From contig CAWFGE010000011.1 of the NCBI GenBank assembly GCA_963815195.1, positions 32,001 through 96,000 of the forward strand: a stretch of 64,000 nt of DNA, given 5' to 3'. This document shows positions 10,275-19,949 of this stretch, piece after piece. Made by a program: the position numbers and the translations under genes. The stretch comes from an uncultured Planctomycetaceae bacterium (GTDB lineage Bacteria; Planctomycetota; Planctomycetia; Planctomycetales; Planctomycetaceae). How positions within the stretch are numbered: the stretch's first letter is position 1; every line of letters begins with the position of its first letter. The notes under the pieces are model-generated. The model saw nothing but the letters and a program-made list of their open reading frames with translations, was not told the origin of the DNA and searched no databases.

Positions 10275-11804
10275 ATGTTTTTCCGCAGAAAACTTCGTCT
10301 TTTCATTTTCGCAGCCGGTTGGTTGTTGTGTTCGATCGGGACGGCTCAAGACAAGTCACCGCCGAATATTATCGTGATTATGGCCGATGACTTGGGCTAC
10401 GGCGACGTTTCGTGCTACGGGGCGGCCGCGCTCAAGACCCCGAACATCGATCGGTTGGCGGCGGAAGGCCTCAAATTCACCAGCGGCTACTGCTCGGCTT
10501 CGACCTGCACGCCGACGCGGTATTCGTTTCTGACGGGAAGTTACGCCTTCCGCAAAAAAGGCACCGGCATCGCGGCCCCCAATAATCCCGCGATCATCCA
10601 GCCCGGCACCGAGACCCTGCCTTCGCTGCTCAAACGGGCCGGCTATCAAACGGCCGTCATCGGCAAGTGGCATTTGGGTTTGGGCGGACCGGATGGCCCG
10701 GATTGGAATCACGACCTCAAACCGGGGCCGTTGGAAATCGGCTTCGATTATTGCTATCTCCTGCCGACGACCAACGACCGGGTGCCGCAGGTGTACGTGG
10801 AAAATCATCGCGTCCCGAATCTCGATCCCAAAGATCCCCTGTGGGTGGGCAACAAAAAGCCCAGCCCCGACCATCCCACCGGAATCACGCATCGCAGCAC
10901 GCTCCGCATGGATTGGGACTACGGGCACAACGGGACGATTCACAACGGCATCAGCCGGATCGGTTTTTATACCGGCGGGCACGCGGCGAGGTTTCGCGAT
11001 GAAGACCTCGCGGACGAGTGGGTCAAGCGATCGGTGAAGTGGATCGAAGACAACAAGGATCGGTCGTTCTTTCTGTTTTTCGCCTCGCACGACCTGCACG
11101 TGCCCCGTATGCCCCACGAACGCTTTCAAGGCAAGACCCCGCTGGGTTACCGCGGGGATGCGATTGTGGAACTCGATTGGTGCGTGGGCGAGTTGATGAA
11201 AACCCTCAAGCGGCTCGATCTCGAACAGAACACGCTCGTCGTGTTTTGTTCCGACAACGGCCCCGTGCTCAACGATGGCTATAAGGATGGGGCCGTCGAA
11301 AAAAACGATGGCCACAAACCGGCCGGCCCCTATAGCGGCGGGAAATACACGATCCAGGAAGGCGGCACGCGGACGCCGTTCATCACCCGCTGGCCGGGCA
11401 CGATTTCGCCGGGCGTGTCGGAGGAGATGGTGTGCACGATCGACCTCGCCGCCAGCTTCGCCGCGATGAACGATGTCCCACTTCCCGCCGACGCCTGCGT
11501 CGATAGTTTTAACGTTCTGGCCGCGCTCTTGGGAGAAAAAGACGCCAAGGGCCGGGAGAGTTTGATCCAGCAGGACAACGGCCAGCGCGGGAATTACGGA
11601 TTCCGCTCGGGCGATTGGAAGCTGCAACGCAAAGCCGGGCGAAAACGCAACCAGCAAGCGAAACCGGACCTCGCGCTGTACAACCTGGCCGACGATCCCG
11701 CCGAAGAGAACAACATCATTAAAGAGCACCCCCAAATCGCCGAGCAACTCGCCAAACAATTGGACGATTCCATCCAAGCCGGCCGCACCCGCCCCGCGAA
11801 GTGA
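10275..11804 (+). CDS. Sulfatase (formylglycine-dependent)
   Basis: PNIIVIMADDLGYGD, CTPTR, GKWHLG, SDNG; signal peptide. Confidence 0.95.
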   Translation: MFFRRKLRLFIFAAGWLLCSIGTAQDKSPPNIIVIMADDLGYGDVSCYGAAALKTPNIDRLAAEGLKFTSGYCSASTCTPTRYSFLTGSYAFRKKGTGIAAPNNPAIIQPGTETLPSLLKRAGYQTAVIGKWHLGLGGPDGPDWNHDLKPGPLEIGFDYCYLLPTTNDRVPQVYVENHRVPNLDPKDPLWVGNKKPSPDHPTGITHRSTLRMDWDYGHNGTIHNGISRIGFYTGGHAARFRDEDLADEWVKRSVKWIEDNKDRSFFLFFASHDLHVPRMPHERFQGKTPLGYRGDAIVELDWCVGELMKTLKRLDLEQNTLVVFCSDNGPVLNDGYKDGAVEKNDGHKPAGPYSGGKYTIQEGGTRTPFITRWPGTISPGVSEEMVCTIDLAASFAAMNDVPLPADACVDSFNVLAALLGEKDAKGRESLIQQDNGQRGNYGFRSGDWKLQRKAGRKRNQQAKPDLALYNLADDPAEENNIIKEHPQIAEQLAKQLDDSIQAGRTRPAK

Positions 11805-11915
11805 AACCTTTCCCGCTCTCCTCGATCGCTCTGACGAGTGGAGCGGCGTAGAGCTGGCCCTACAGCTAAAGAAGGCAGGCGGGAGCCGGCCCTGCAATTA
11901 CTTTGAGAGAAGCAG

Positions 11916-12254
11916 GCCGAGGTTTAACCAATTCCTCAGCCTGAAGCCAGCGACTGGTGGCACTGTCAGTATTACGTGTGGTTTTTGTGAGTTGTTTTTC
12001 GGGTGCCACTGGCAACTTGTTGCCAGTGCGACTATGCAGTCTCCGAGATTGCGGCAGGGTGGCATGCTCATGGCTTTGCATGAGCATGCGATACGAAGAA
12101 ACTTGAATCTCTTGGAATCGAACGGCACGCCCACTCCAGGCAGTGATAAAAACTCACCTTGTCACTTCCTGGATGCTTGCGAGACATGCTCATGCAAAGC
12201 CATGAGCATGCCACCCCGCCGAGGTTTAACCAATTACTCAGCCTGAAGCCAGCG
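11916..12254. repeat. 37-bp direct repeat (11916-11952, 12218-12254) enclosing two REPIN-like palindrome pairs
   Basis: gccgaggtttaaccaatt(c/a)ctcagcctgaagccagcg twice; inside are 11953-12029 and a perfect 32-bp inverted pair 12057-12088 / 12185-12216. Confidence 0.9.
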
Positions 12255-12483
12255 CAATGGACGGTTTTTCAAGGCGATGTCTGGTGGCGCACGGTCATGC
12301 CGCGGCTCTAATCGTAGCGATTCTGCCGGTCTGAGGGTTTCCGGCCGCCGTTGTTTCCGGGAATCAACGCGAGTGTGCCACTGGCTCCGCCAGTGCGGTT
12401 TTGAGACAATCGTTGTGACGAGGCGCCCGTAGCCTGCTTCAATCGTTCCGGTCTTTGCCACTTCGATGCTCTGGAGCAATCCC

Positions 12484-13062
12484 ATGCCTCATCGGAAAAC
12501 CGTTCGGCATTATCATGAACCGGGCCATCTCCATGAGTTCACTTTCTCCTGCTATCAACGTCGGCCATTGCTGACAAACGACGATTGGCGGGAAAAACTG
12601 GCCCGCTGTCTCGACCAGGCCAACCAGGAATACCGCTTTGAACTCGTGGCATTTGTGTTGATGCCCGAACACGTCCATCTCTTGACGTATCCCCTCGAAT
12701 TAGAACCAAACTTCGGGGGCTATCTTGCTCAAATCAAGCAGCCTTTCTCCAAGCAAATCAAACAGGTGCTCACCGAAAACCGGTCGCCGCTCCTCCAACG
12801 GCTGACCGTCCGGGAACGAAAGGACAAATACTGCTTTCGATTCTGGCAGGAAGGGCCGGGGTTCGACCGAAATCTATTCAGCAAGGAGGCGATCGTCGGT
12901 TCCATCAATTACATCCACGAGAATCCCGTCAAGCGAGGATTGTGCCAAAAAGCCACCGACTGGAAGTGGTCCTCGGCCCGATATTATTTGAATGAACCGC
13001 CCGGTCAACAGGAAGCCGATTTACCCTTGATCCACGGCCCTCCCATAGGCATGCTGGACTAA
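12484..13062 (+). CDS. REP-associated tyrosine transposase (RAYT / TnpA-REP, Y1 HUH)
   Basis: HEFTFSC, FVLMPEHVHLL (HUH), FWQEG, YIHENPVKRGL, DWKWSS; flanked by inverted GTGCCACTGGC..GCCAGTG palindromes. Confidence 0.92.
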   Translation: MPHRKTVRHYHEPGHLHEFTFSCYQRRPLLTNDDWREKLARCLDQANQEYRFELVAFVLMPEHVHLLTYPLELEPNFGGYLAQIKQPFSKQIKQVLTENRSPLLQRLTVRERKDKYCFRFWQEGPGFDRNLFSKEAIVGSINYIHENPVKRGLCQKATDWKWSSARYYLNEPPGQQEADLPLIHGPPIGMLD

Positions 13063-13348
13063 CTCCGGCAAACACACTGGCAGAGCCAGTGGCACACAAA
13101 CAGATCGTGTTCCGCTTCGGAGAGAACGACTACTATCGTTGGGAACAAGAAATCAACGAGCCGTAGTCGCAGGAACATTTCACCGAGGCACTGGCGGAGC
13201 CAGTGGCACACAAGATCCGCCAGTGCCACCCCGCCGGATGGTCAAGCCTTGCTTTTTGGAAAGTCGGCGGTCTTTCATGGAAAACCCGTGTTCAAAGCCA
13301 TCGGGAAATACGTCGGGCATTCCGCCCGGCACCGTAGGATTGGACCTA

Positions 13349-13900
13349 TTAATCATTGCTTTGGTGATAGCGGAAATCAAATGCTGCGAATGCAAAAAAA
13401 CCGTAAATTTCAGAAAGGATCAATGGAATAGTACAATTGGAAATTCGGCCAATATTCCCCTTGCCATAAACCCAAAGGCAAGGGGATTGAGTAGTCACGT
13501 CAGAATAGATTTCTCTCCCGAGACAATAAAGCCTCCACTCATTTTCAATAGAATTTGGAAACACAATTCGGACAACGTCTTCTTCCACATCCACATGGAT
13601 TGCACAAGAATTGAACATACTAACGATTTCTACTATTTCTGGATTGCTCGGTAGAGCTAATAGGTTCTTGAAATCGTCAAAAACCTTGCTATAGCCGCCA
13701 TTGGCCAGTTTTGGGACAACAGGCAAATCCTGAAGTTGACCTTTCATGACCTCCATATTTAGGAGATCATCTTTTGGGAGAGAGCAGGAATCAAAACCGC
13801 TAAATTGCTTAGATGATATGAGTGTGTTCCGAATAAACTCCACAGGATTCGGTTGGAGAAAATTTGCTTCCCATTCTGCAAAAAAATCATCGTCACTCAT
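13349..13900 (-). CDS. AT-rich hypothetical protein (REP-bounded cargo)
   Basis: 183 aa ORF with AAGGAGAG RBS; low GC; may continue by frameshift at the A7 run near 13395. Confidence 0.55.
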   Translation of the reverse strand: MSDDDFFAEWEANFLQPNPVEFIRNTLISSKQFSGFDSCSLPKDDLLNMEVMKGQLQDLPVVPKLANGGYSKVFDDFKNLLALPSNPEIVEIVSMFNSCAIHVDVEEDVVRIVFPNSIENEWRLYCLGREIYSDVTTQSPCLWVYGKGNIGRISNCTIPLILSEIYGFFAFAAFDFRYHQSND

Positions 13901-14004
13901 CTAAACTCTCCTTTACAACTGAGGTTATACTATACAAAAGCAACCTTCCTTGAGCATGTTTAATTTCCAACAAGCCAAGTAGGGTCCGCTGTGCGGACCG
14001 TTTT

Positions 14005-14216
14005 TTACTCCCCGGCGTCGGTGACTCTCGCCACGTTTTCGGGAACCGCCGCACCACATCCCCAATCGATGGGATAAACTCCCGCTTTCACCCAACGGTG
14101 AAATGATGAATACGGCCAATCCTTCGGGCATCTTACATAGCCATGTTTGACGGGGTTCCAATGAATATAGTCGAAATGGGCCTCGAAATCATCCTCATCC
14201 TCAATCGTGTGTTGCC
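14005..14216 (-). pseudogene. C-terminal fragment of a second RAYT
   Basis: WQHTIEDEDDFEAHFDYIHWNPVKHGYVRCPKDWPYSSFHRWV; no N-terminus or HUH motif; GTAGGGTCCGCTGTGCGGACC REP on both sides. Confidence 0.88.
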
Positions 14217-14927
14217 AGCCAAGTAGGGTCCGCTGTGCGGACCGTTTTTTACTCCCCGGCGTCGGTGACTCTCGGCGGGGTGGCACTGGCGGACCTTGTG
14301 TGCCACTGGCTCCGCCAGTGCCTTGGTGAAATGGTTGCGGGACTCAGGCTGGCTGATTTTCTGTTCCCCAAAAAACAGCAGACTTTGTCTCCGAAGCAAA
14401 ATGCGATGCCAGGCGAACTTTGTCCATCGTCTCAACAATTGTCTCAAAACCGCACTGGCAGAGCCAGTGGCACACTCGGCCCATCCGTCCGCCGCCCCGC
14501 AAAATCAACGTGTTCCTGCTCTTCGCTTGGTTCTCCGCTCCATCTCTAGCGGTTCTGACGGTCTGAGGGTTTCCGTCCGCCGTTGTTTCCGGGAATCAAC
14601 GCGGCGCTCGCGGATTTTGTTGACGGCCGGCAACTGGGGCCTATGTTTTCCTACCCTCTCAAAAACTGGCTCTCAGCATGCGGGCGGGGCACGTTCTGTT
14701 TTCAGAACACGCCCCGATCCCGCATGCGCGGGCCGTTCGTTCTGTTCGATGCGACCGGAGCGAACGCCTCCGCGAATTGTATTGATAAAACACCCGGTCA
14801 ACTCCGTCCGATTGTGGGGCGGTTGATCGTCTTCGAGCGTTCGCCTTCGCCCACACGAAGCGGGCCGCCCGAAAAATTCCCTCAATGATTTTGCAACTCT
14901 GATCCGCTAGAGCCAAAGAGAGGCATC

Positions 14928-16325
14928 ATGAAGACGAACCACGGCTCGTTGCTGGTGGTCGATGACGACCAGCACGTTCTATCCGCAATGGCCGACTATC
15001 TTCGCAGTTTCGGGCACCGCACCGAGACCGCCGCCTCCTGCCAGGAAGCGAAAACCCGCATGCGGGAGTTTCCCTTCGAGGCGGTGATCTGCGATGTGCA
15101 CCTCCCGGACCAGGACGGCTTCCAGCTTCTCGAATGGGCCCTCGACGAGAAGCCCGAAACCGCGATGATCCTGCTCACGGGCTACGGCACGATCGAAAGC
15201 GCCGTCGAAGCCATCCGCATGGGCGCGTTCGATTATCTCACCAAGCCCGTCATCGACGAGGAACTCCATCTCGCCATTCAGCGGGCGCTCGGGCAGCGGA
15301 AGATCGTCGAAGAGAACAAGAAGCTCAAGCAGCAGCTCGACGAGCGGTTCGGGATCGGGAACATCGTCGGCCACGATTACAAGATGCTGCGGATGTTCGA
15401 TTTGATCGAAAGCGTGGCCGCCACCCGCACCACGGTCTTGATCCTGGGCGAAAGCGGGACGGGCAAAACGATGACGGCCCGCGCGATCCATCAGCTCAGC
15501 GACCGCCGGGACAAGCCCTTCGTGGAAGTCGCCTGCGGCGCGCTTCCCGAGAACCTTCTGGAGAGCGAACTCTTCGGCCACGTCGCGGGTTCCTTCACGG
15601 GAGCCACGGGCGACAAGGTGGGAAAATTCCTGCAAGCCGACGGCGGCACGATCTTCCTCGACGAAGTGGCGACCGCTTCGCAAAGCCTGCAGGTCAAGCT
15701 GCTCCGCGTGCTCCAGGACCGCGAGTTCGAGCCCGTCGGCGGGAACAAAACGCACAAGATCGACGTGCGGCTGATTCTCGCCACGAATGCCGACCTCGAA
15801 GACATGGTCGCCAGCGGCGAGTTCCGCGAAGATCTGTATTACCGCATCAACGTGATCTCCGTCACGCAGCCGCCGCTCCGCGAACGCATCGGCGATATTC
15901 CGCTGCTGGTCGAACATTACCTCACCCAGTTCAACGCGCAGACCGGCAAAGAACTCAAAGGCTTCGACGAATCGGCGATGCACTTCCTGCAGCAATACGA
16001 CTGGCCCGGCAATGTCCGCGAGTTGGTCAACGTTGTCGAGCGGGCGGTGGTGCTGTCCAAGAACGAAGTCATCACGGCCGGCGATCTGCCTGAAAAAGTC
16101 CGCCAAAGCGATCGGCACCCGGCCCGGTTCGTCGTGGCGGGCGCGGGGAGCAATCTCAAATCCGCCATGGCCACGCCCGAACGCCAGATCATCGTCGATG
16201 CCCTGGAAGCCAACGGCTGGAATCGCCAGAGCACCGCGAAGATGCTGGGCATCAACCGCACCACGCTGTATAAGAAAATGAAAAAGTACGACATCGAGTA
16301 CGAGAAGGAAAAGCAGCTCGTTTGA
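14928..16325 (+). CDS. Sigma-54-dependent response regulator (NtrC/AtoC family)
   Basis: Receiver domain, [30 protein letters not shown]-terminal Fis HTH. Confidence 0.95.
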   Translation: MKTNHGSLLVVDDDQHVLSAMADYLRSFGHRTETAASCQEAKTRMREFPFEAVICDVHLPDQDGFQLLEWALDEKPETAMILLTGYGTIESAVEAIRMGAFDYLTKPVIDEELHLAIQRALGQRKIVEENKKLKQQLDERFGIGNIVGHDYKMLRMFDLIESVAATRTTVLILGESGTGKTMTARAIHQLSDRRDKPFVEVACGALPENLLESELFGHVAGSFTGATGDKVGKFLQADGGTIFLDEVATASQSLQVKLLRVLQDREFEPVGGNKTHKIDVRLILATNADLEDMVASGEFREDLYYRINVISVTQPPLRERIGDIPLLVEHYLTQFNAQTGKELKGFDESAMHFLQQYDWPGNVRELVNVVERAVVLSKNEVITAGDLPEKVRQSDRHPARFVVAGAGSNLKSAMATPERQIIVDALEANGWNRQSTAKMLGINRTTLYKKMKKYDIEYEKEKQLV

Positions 16326-16435
16326 TCTCTTGGAAGGAGCAAAGGCCACAGAGGAGCAAAGGCCGCAAAGTTGAAAGCCGCGTAGCTGCCCGGGCTACGC
16401 GGCTTTCGTTCTTTGTTGGACTCGCTCTGCCGCTT

Positions 16436-17721
16436 TCAAAACGGGACCGGCAGCAAGAAGGCGTGGTGCTGGAACAGGACCCATTTGCCCTGGGCACCGA
16501 TGAACTGCGTGAAGAACAGCAGAAACACATACAGCCCCAACAGCGGAGGCATCAGCCAGCGGGCGAGCCATCTCCAGCCGAACCACGCCGGCCGCGGTTT
16601 GTGCATCCCGCGGTAATACGCCCAGCCGGCGAGCACCTTGGCGGGATAAATGCTGACGATGAACAACGGCGTCAATAGCACCAGCGCATCCCGCGGCGGC
16701 AGGACGATTTTGGAAAGATACAAAGGCAGCGCCAAAACATACACGCCCAGGATCGCGAACATGAATGCGACCGGGGCATTGCGAAACGCGCGCCGAATCG
16801 AGCGAAGCTCGAAGAATGCTCGCCAACGATTTTCCGCGGCGAACCGGGCTTGCAAAAACGGCAGCCAACTGAGGACGAGCATCAATAGCACGCCGCCCGC
16901 AATTGTCACCAGCGCGGCCCCGCCTTCGGGTTTGTCCGCCGCCGCGAAAAAAAAGGTGGGCACAGCGAGCCAGGCGAAGGCCCCCACCAATCCGCAGCCC
17001 CAGCGAAAACAAATGCCCGATCCGCCAGCGGGCGATGAAGTCGCGCACGTTCTCGTCCGCCGATCTTAGCGAACCCGTTTTCCGCGACCGCCATCGCCCG
17101 AGCATGTACCGCAGATTTTTAAGCGGCCGAAAGAAGCACCCAAAACTCCCGCCCCGCGCGAGGGCCAGGCAAAGATGGATTGCGATCAACACCGACGCGA
17201 CCGTCTTCGCCGTTTGCCAGCCGGCCGTTTGCGGGCTCGCGGGATCGATCAATTTCGCATCCGAGGCGTAGCTGCCGATCAAAAACAGCGGCAGCAGCCA
17301 AAACCCCACGCCCAACACAATGGAACCGAGCCGGGGCGCAGAGTTCCAACATCGGAAACGCATCGCGAAGCCGGCCCCGCCGAGCGACCCGGCCCTCGAC
17401 TTCCAGAAGGTATCCCAAGGCGAGAATCTGCACAACCGGAATCGCCGCCACGATCGCCCACAACCCGACGAGCGCGAGAATCCCGAGTCCGTTCCGCACG
17501 AACCACGCCGACGCCCGAAGCGGATGTTTGAGCAAATGCGGGCAGCGGGGGATCGGCGGGAAATTCGGCAACGGCGGAAGCTCGTCGCTTTCCCACTCCG
17601 CCAGATGATCGGCGGATTCCAGCGCGGGTTCTGCGCACAAAACCAGATCGCCGTCGCCCGACTCGTCTTCCGACAAAGCCGGCGAAATCGCGGATCGCTG
17701 GGCAAGCAGTTCCCGTTCCAT
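16436..17721 (-). CDS. Membrane protein (DUF4013-like), two frameshifts
   Basis: Segments in 17119-17721, 16395-17705 and 16436-16990 join into a polytopic protein (AIPVVQILALGYLLEVEGRVAR). Confidence 0.6.
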
Positions 17722-17758
17722 TGGCAGATCGATGGTTTTAAGTACGCGTTTGTAAACC

Positions 17759-17844
17759 TGAGCGGTAGGCGCTACCTAGCCTCCGGTCTCGATGAAGAAA
17801 AATCCGTCGAAACCAAAACGGGCGGCGAGCGCCTTGCCGCTCAC
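17759..17844. repeat. REPIN of the GTGAGCGG family
   Basis: tgagcggtaggcgcta...cgccttgccgctcac; related copies at 41015-41120 and 59856-60067. Confidence 0.75.
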
Positions 17845-17993
17845 TTTGGCGGAAACAGGCCGACTAAAATAGGGTTACCTCGATCGGGCCGAGACGAGTT
17901 TCAAAGATTTGCTGAAACGCGGCGAATGTCCATCGAGTATAGTCAAAGTAACCGCAAAGTTCGCGTGTGGAACCGGGAGTGTTTTGGGTGGCG

Positions 17994-19658
17994 ATGCGAA
18001 AGTTTCTCGTGCCGGCGTCGGTGGTGCTCGGCGTGTGTTGGCTGGTCGGCTGGGCCGTGAATAGTCCGGTCGAGCGCGGCCTGCCCGCAGAGACTCCCGA
18101 GGTGCAAGAAATCGCTGGCATCGCGGAGCAGGTCGATCGCCACTTTGAGAAACAATGGGCAGCCGAGCAACTCACGCCCGCGAAACCGGCGGACGAGTTG
18201 CACGTCCTCCGCCGACTGGCGCTCGCGCTCCACGGCACGATTCCTTCGCTCGAGGAAATCCGCCGCTTTGAAGCCGACGAAAACCCCGGCCGCCTTGCCC
18301 GCTGGACGGCGGCGATGCTCGACGACCGCCGGTTCGCCGACTATTTCGCCGAGCGATTGGCCCGCGGTTTTGTCGGCACCGAGGGCGGGCAGTTTATCGT
18401 GTATCGGCGAGACCGGTTTGTGAGTTGGCTCGCGGATGAGCTGCACCAGAACCGCCCTTACGATGCCATCGTCCGGCAGATGATTCAGCAGGACGGCCTG
18501 TGGACCGGGCAGCCCGAGGTCAACTTTATGACGGCCGCGTTCAACGAAGGCGAGTTCGACGAAAACAAACTCGCCGGCCGCACCGCGCGGGCGTTTCTGG
18601 GGCAGAGCATGGACTGCGCCCAATGCCACGACCATTTCTTCGCCGAGTGGACGCAGGAGCAATTCCAAGGCCTCGCCGCGTTTTATGGCCAGGCCCGCTT
18701 GAGCCTGGTCGGTTTGACCGATCAAACCAAAAACAAAACAGGCCCCGTCGAATACCGTTACGAAAAACGTATCCAGGAGAACGGCGAGGAAGTCGTCCAA
18801 GAAATCGAAATCGCCCCGGCGGTGCCGTTCGGCGAGGACTGGCTCCCGAAAGAAGGCAGCCGGCGGGAACGGCTGGCGGCGTGGATTACCCATCCCCAAA
18901 ACCGCCGGTTCGAGCGGGCGATTGTCAACCGCGTGTGGGGCCTGATGTTCGGCCGGCCTTACACGGCCACTTTGGAAATCCCCGCCGCCGTCGATGACCT
19001 CCCCAATCCGAAACCGCTCACCGCGGATTTCCAGGGCGATCTCTTGGACATCTTGGGGCGGGATTTTCGCGAGCACGGCTGCGATCTCCGCCGATTGATT
19101 CTGGCGATCGCCGCGTCCCGGCCGTTTGGCTTGTCGTCCATTCATCCCGCGGAAACTTTGGCAGACTACCAGCGGCACGAAGCGGCCTGGACGGTGTTTC
19201 CCGTCACGAGACTCCGCCCCGAGCAGGTCATCGGCTCCATGCTGCAGGCGGCTTCGGTGAAGACCATCGACCAGAACTCGCATCTGTTGGTGCGGACGAT
19301 CAAGTTCTTCCGCCAGCGGGATTTCGTCAACAATTACGGTGACCTGGGAGCGGATGAACTTCAGGATCGCTCCGGCACGATCGCCCAGGCACTCTTGCGG
19401 ATGAACGGCACGCTCTCCAAGGAATTGACGGACGCAAGTTTGTTTTCCAGCAGCGGCCGCATCGCCGACACCGCCGGCAGCGATCAGACATGCCTGGAGG
19501 CGCTCTATCTCGTCAGCCTCACCCGCCGCCCCACGAAAGCAGAAACCGCCGCGTTCTTGCCGCAATTAACAGACACCCAAAAAGAGAACCGCAAACGGGC
19601 CGTGGAAGACATCATGTGGCCGCTGTTCAATTCCGAAGAGTTCTCGTGGGACCACTGA
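17994..19658 (+). CDS. Planctomycete DUF1549/DUF1553 protein
   Basis: LRRLALALHGTIPSLEE, FLGQSMDCAQCHDH, RAIVNRVWGLMFG, QALLRMNG. Confidence 0.9.
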   Translation: MRKFLVPASVVLGVCWLVGWAVNSPVERGLPAETPEVQEIAGIAEQVDRHFEKQWAAEQLTPAKPADELHVLRRLALALHGTIPSLEEIRRFEADENPGRLARWTAAMLDDRRFADYFAERLARGFVGTEGGQFIVYRRDRFVSWLADELHQNRPYDAIVRQMIQQDGLWTGQPEVNFMTAAFNEGEFDENKLAGRTARAFLGQSMDCAQCHDHFFAEWTQEQFQGLAAFYGQARLSLVGLTDQTKNKTGPVEYRYEKRIQENGEEVVQEIEIAPAVPFGEDWLPKEGSRRERLAAWITHPQNRRFERAIVNRVWGLMFGRPYTATLEIPAAVDDLPNPKPLTADFQGDLLDILGRDFREHGCDLRRLILAIAASRPFGLSSIHPAETLADYQRHEAAWTVFPVTRLRPEQVIGSMLQAASVKTIDQNSHLLVRTIKFFRQRDFVNNYGDLGADELQDRSGTIAQALLRMNGTLSKELTDASLFSSSGRIADTAGSDQTCLEALYLVSLTRRPTKAETAAFLPQLTDTQKENRKRAVEDIMWPLFNSEEFSWDH

Positions 19659-19949
19659 AGCCCTTCGGGAAATCCCAATGTCCAAGCACCAATGACCAAT
19701 AAGATTTCATGTCCTAATTCCCAAGCTCCTGGGAGGGAGGGAAGTAGGAACCACGAATGACACCAATAACACGAATTATTTAAGATAGATTTGACCGCCG
19801 ATAGTTCAGTTTACAGGGACGGAAACTACAAAGAAGAAAACAATCTGATTTTTATTCAGGATCGGCATTCGCTGGGTTTTCTTCGTGTGATTCGTGTGAT
19901 TCGTGGTTGCCTTCGATTTAGTCAAAAACCTTTGATTGAGTTTGTTCCG

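Larger units (their letters stand above)
12373..14475. repeat. Cluster of five GTGTGCCACTGGCTC(C/T)GCCAGTG REPs (near 12373, 13074, 13188, 14298, 14452)
   Basis: Near-identical 22-24 nt palindromes in both orientations around the RAYT gene. Confidence 0.9.

Noticed and set aside
11916..14475. CRISPR array
   Set aside because: Repeats are palindromes in mixed orientation with irregular spacing, no cas genes, and they flank a RAYT
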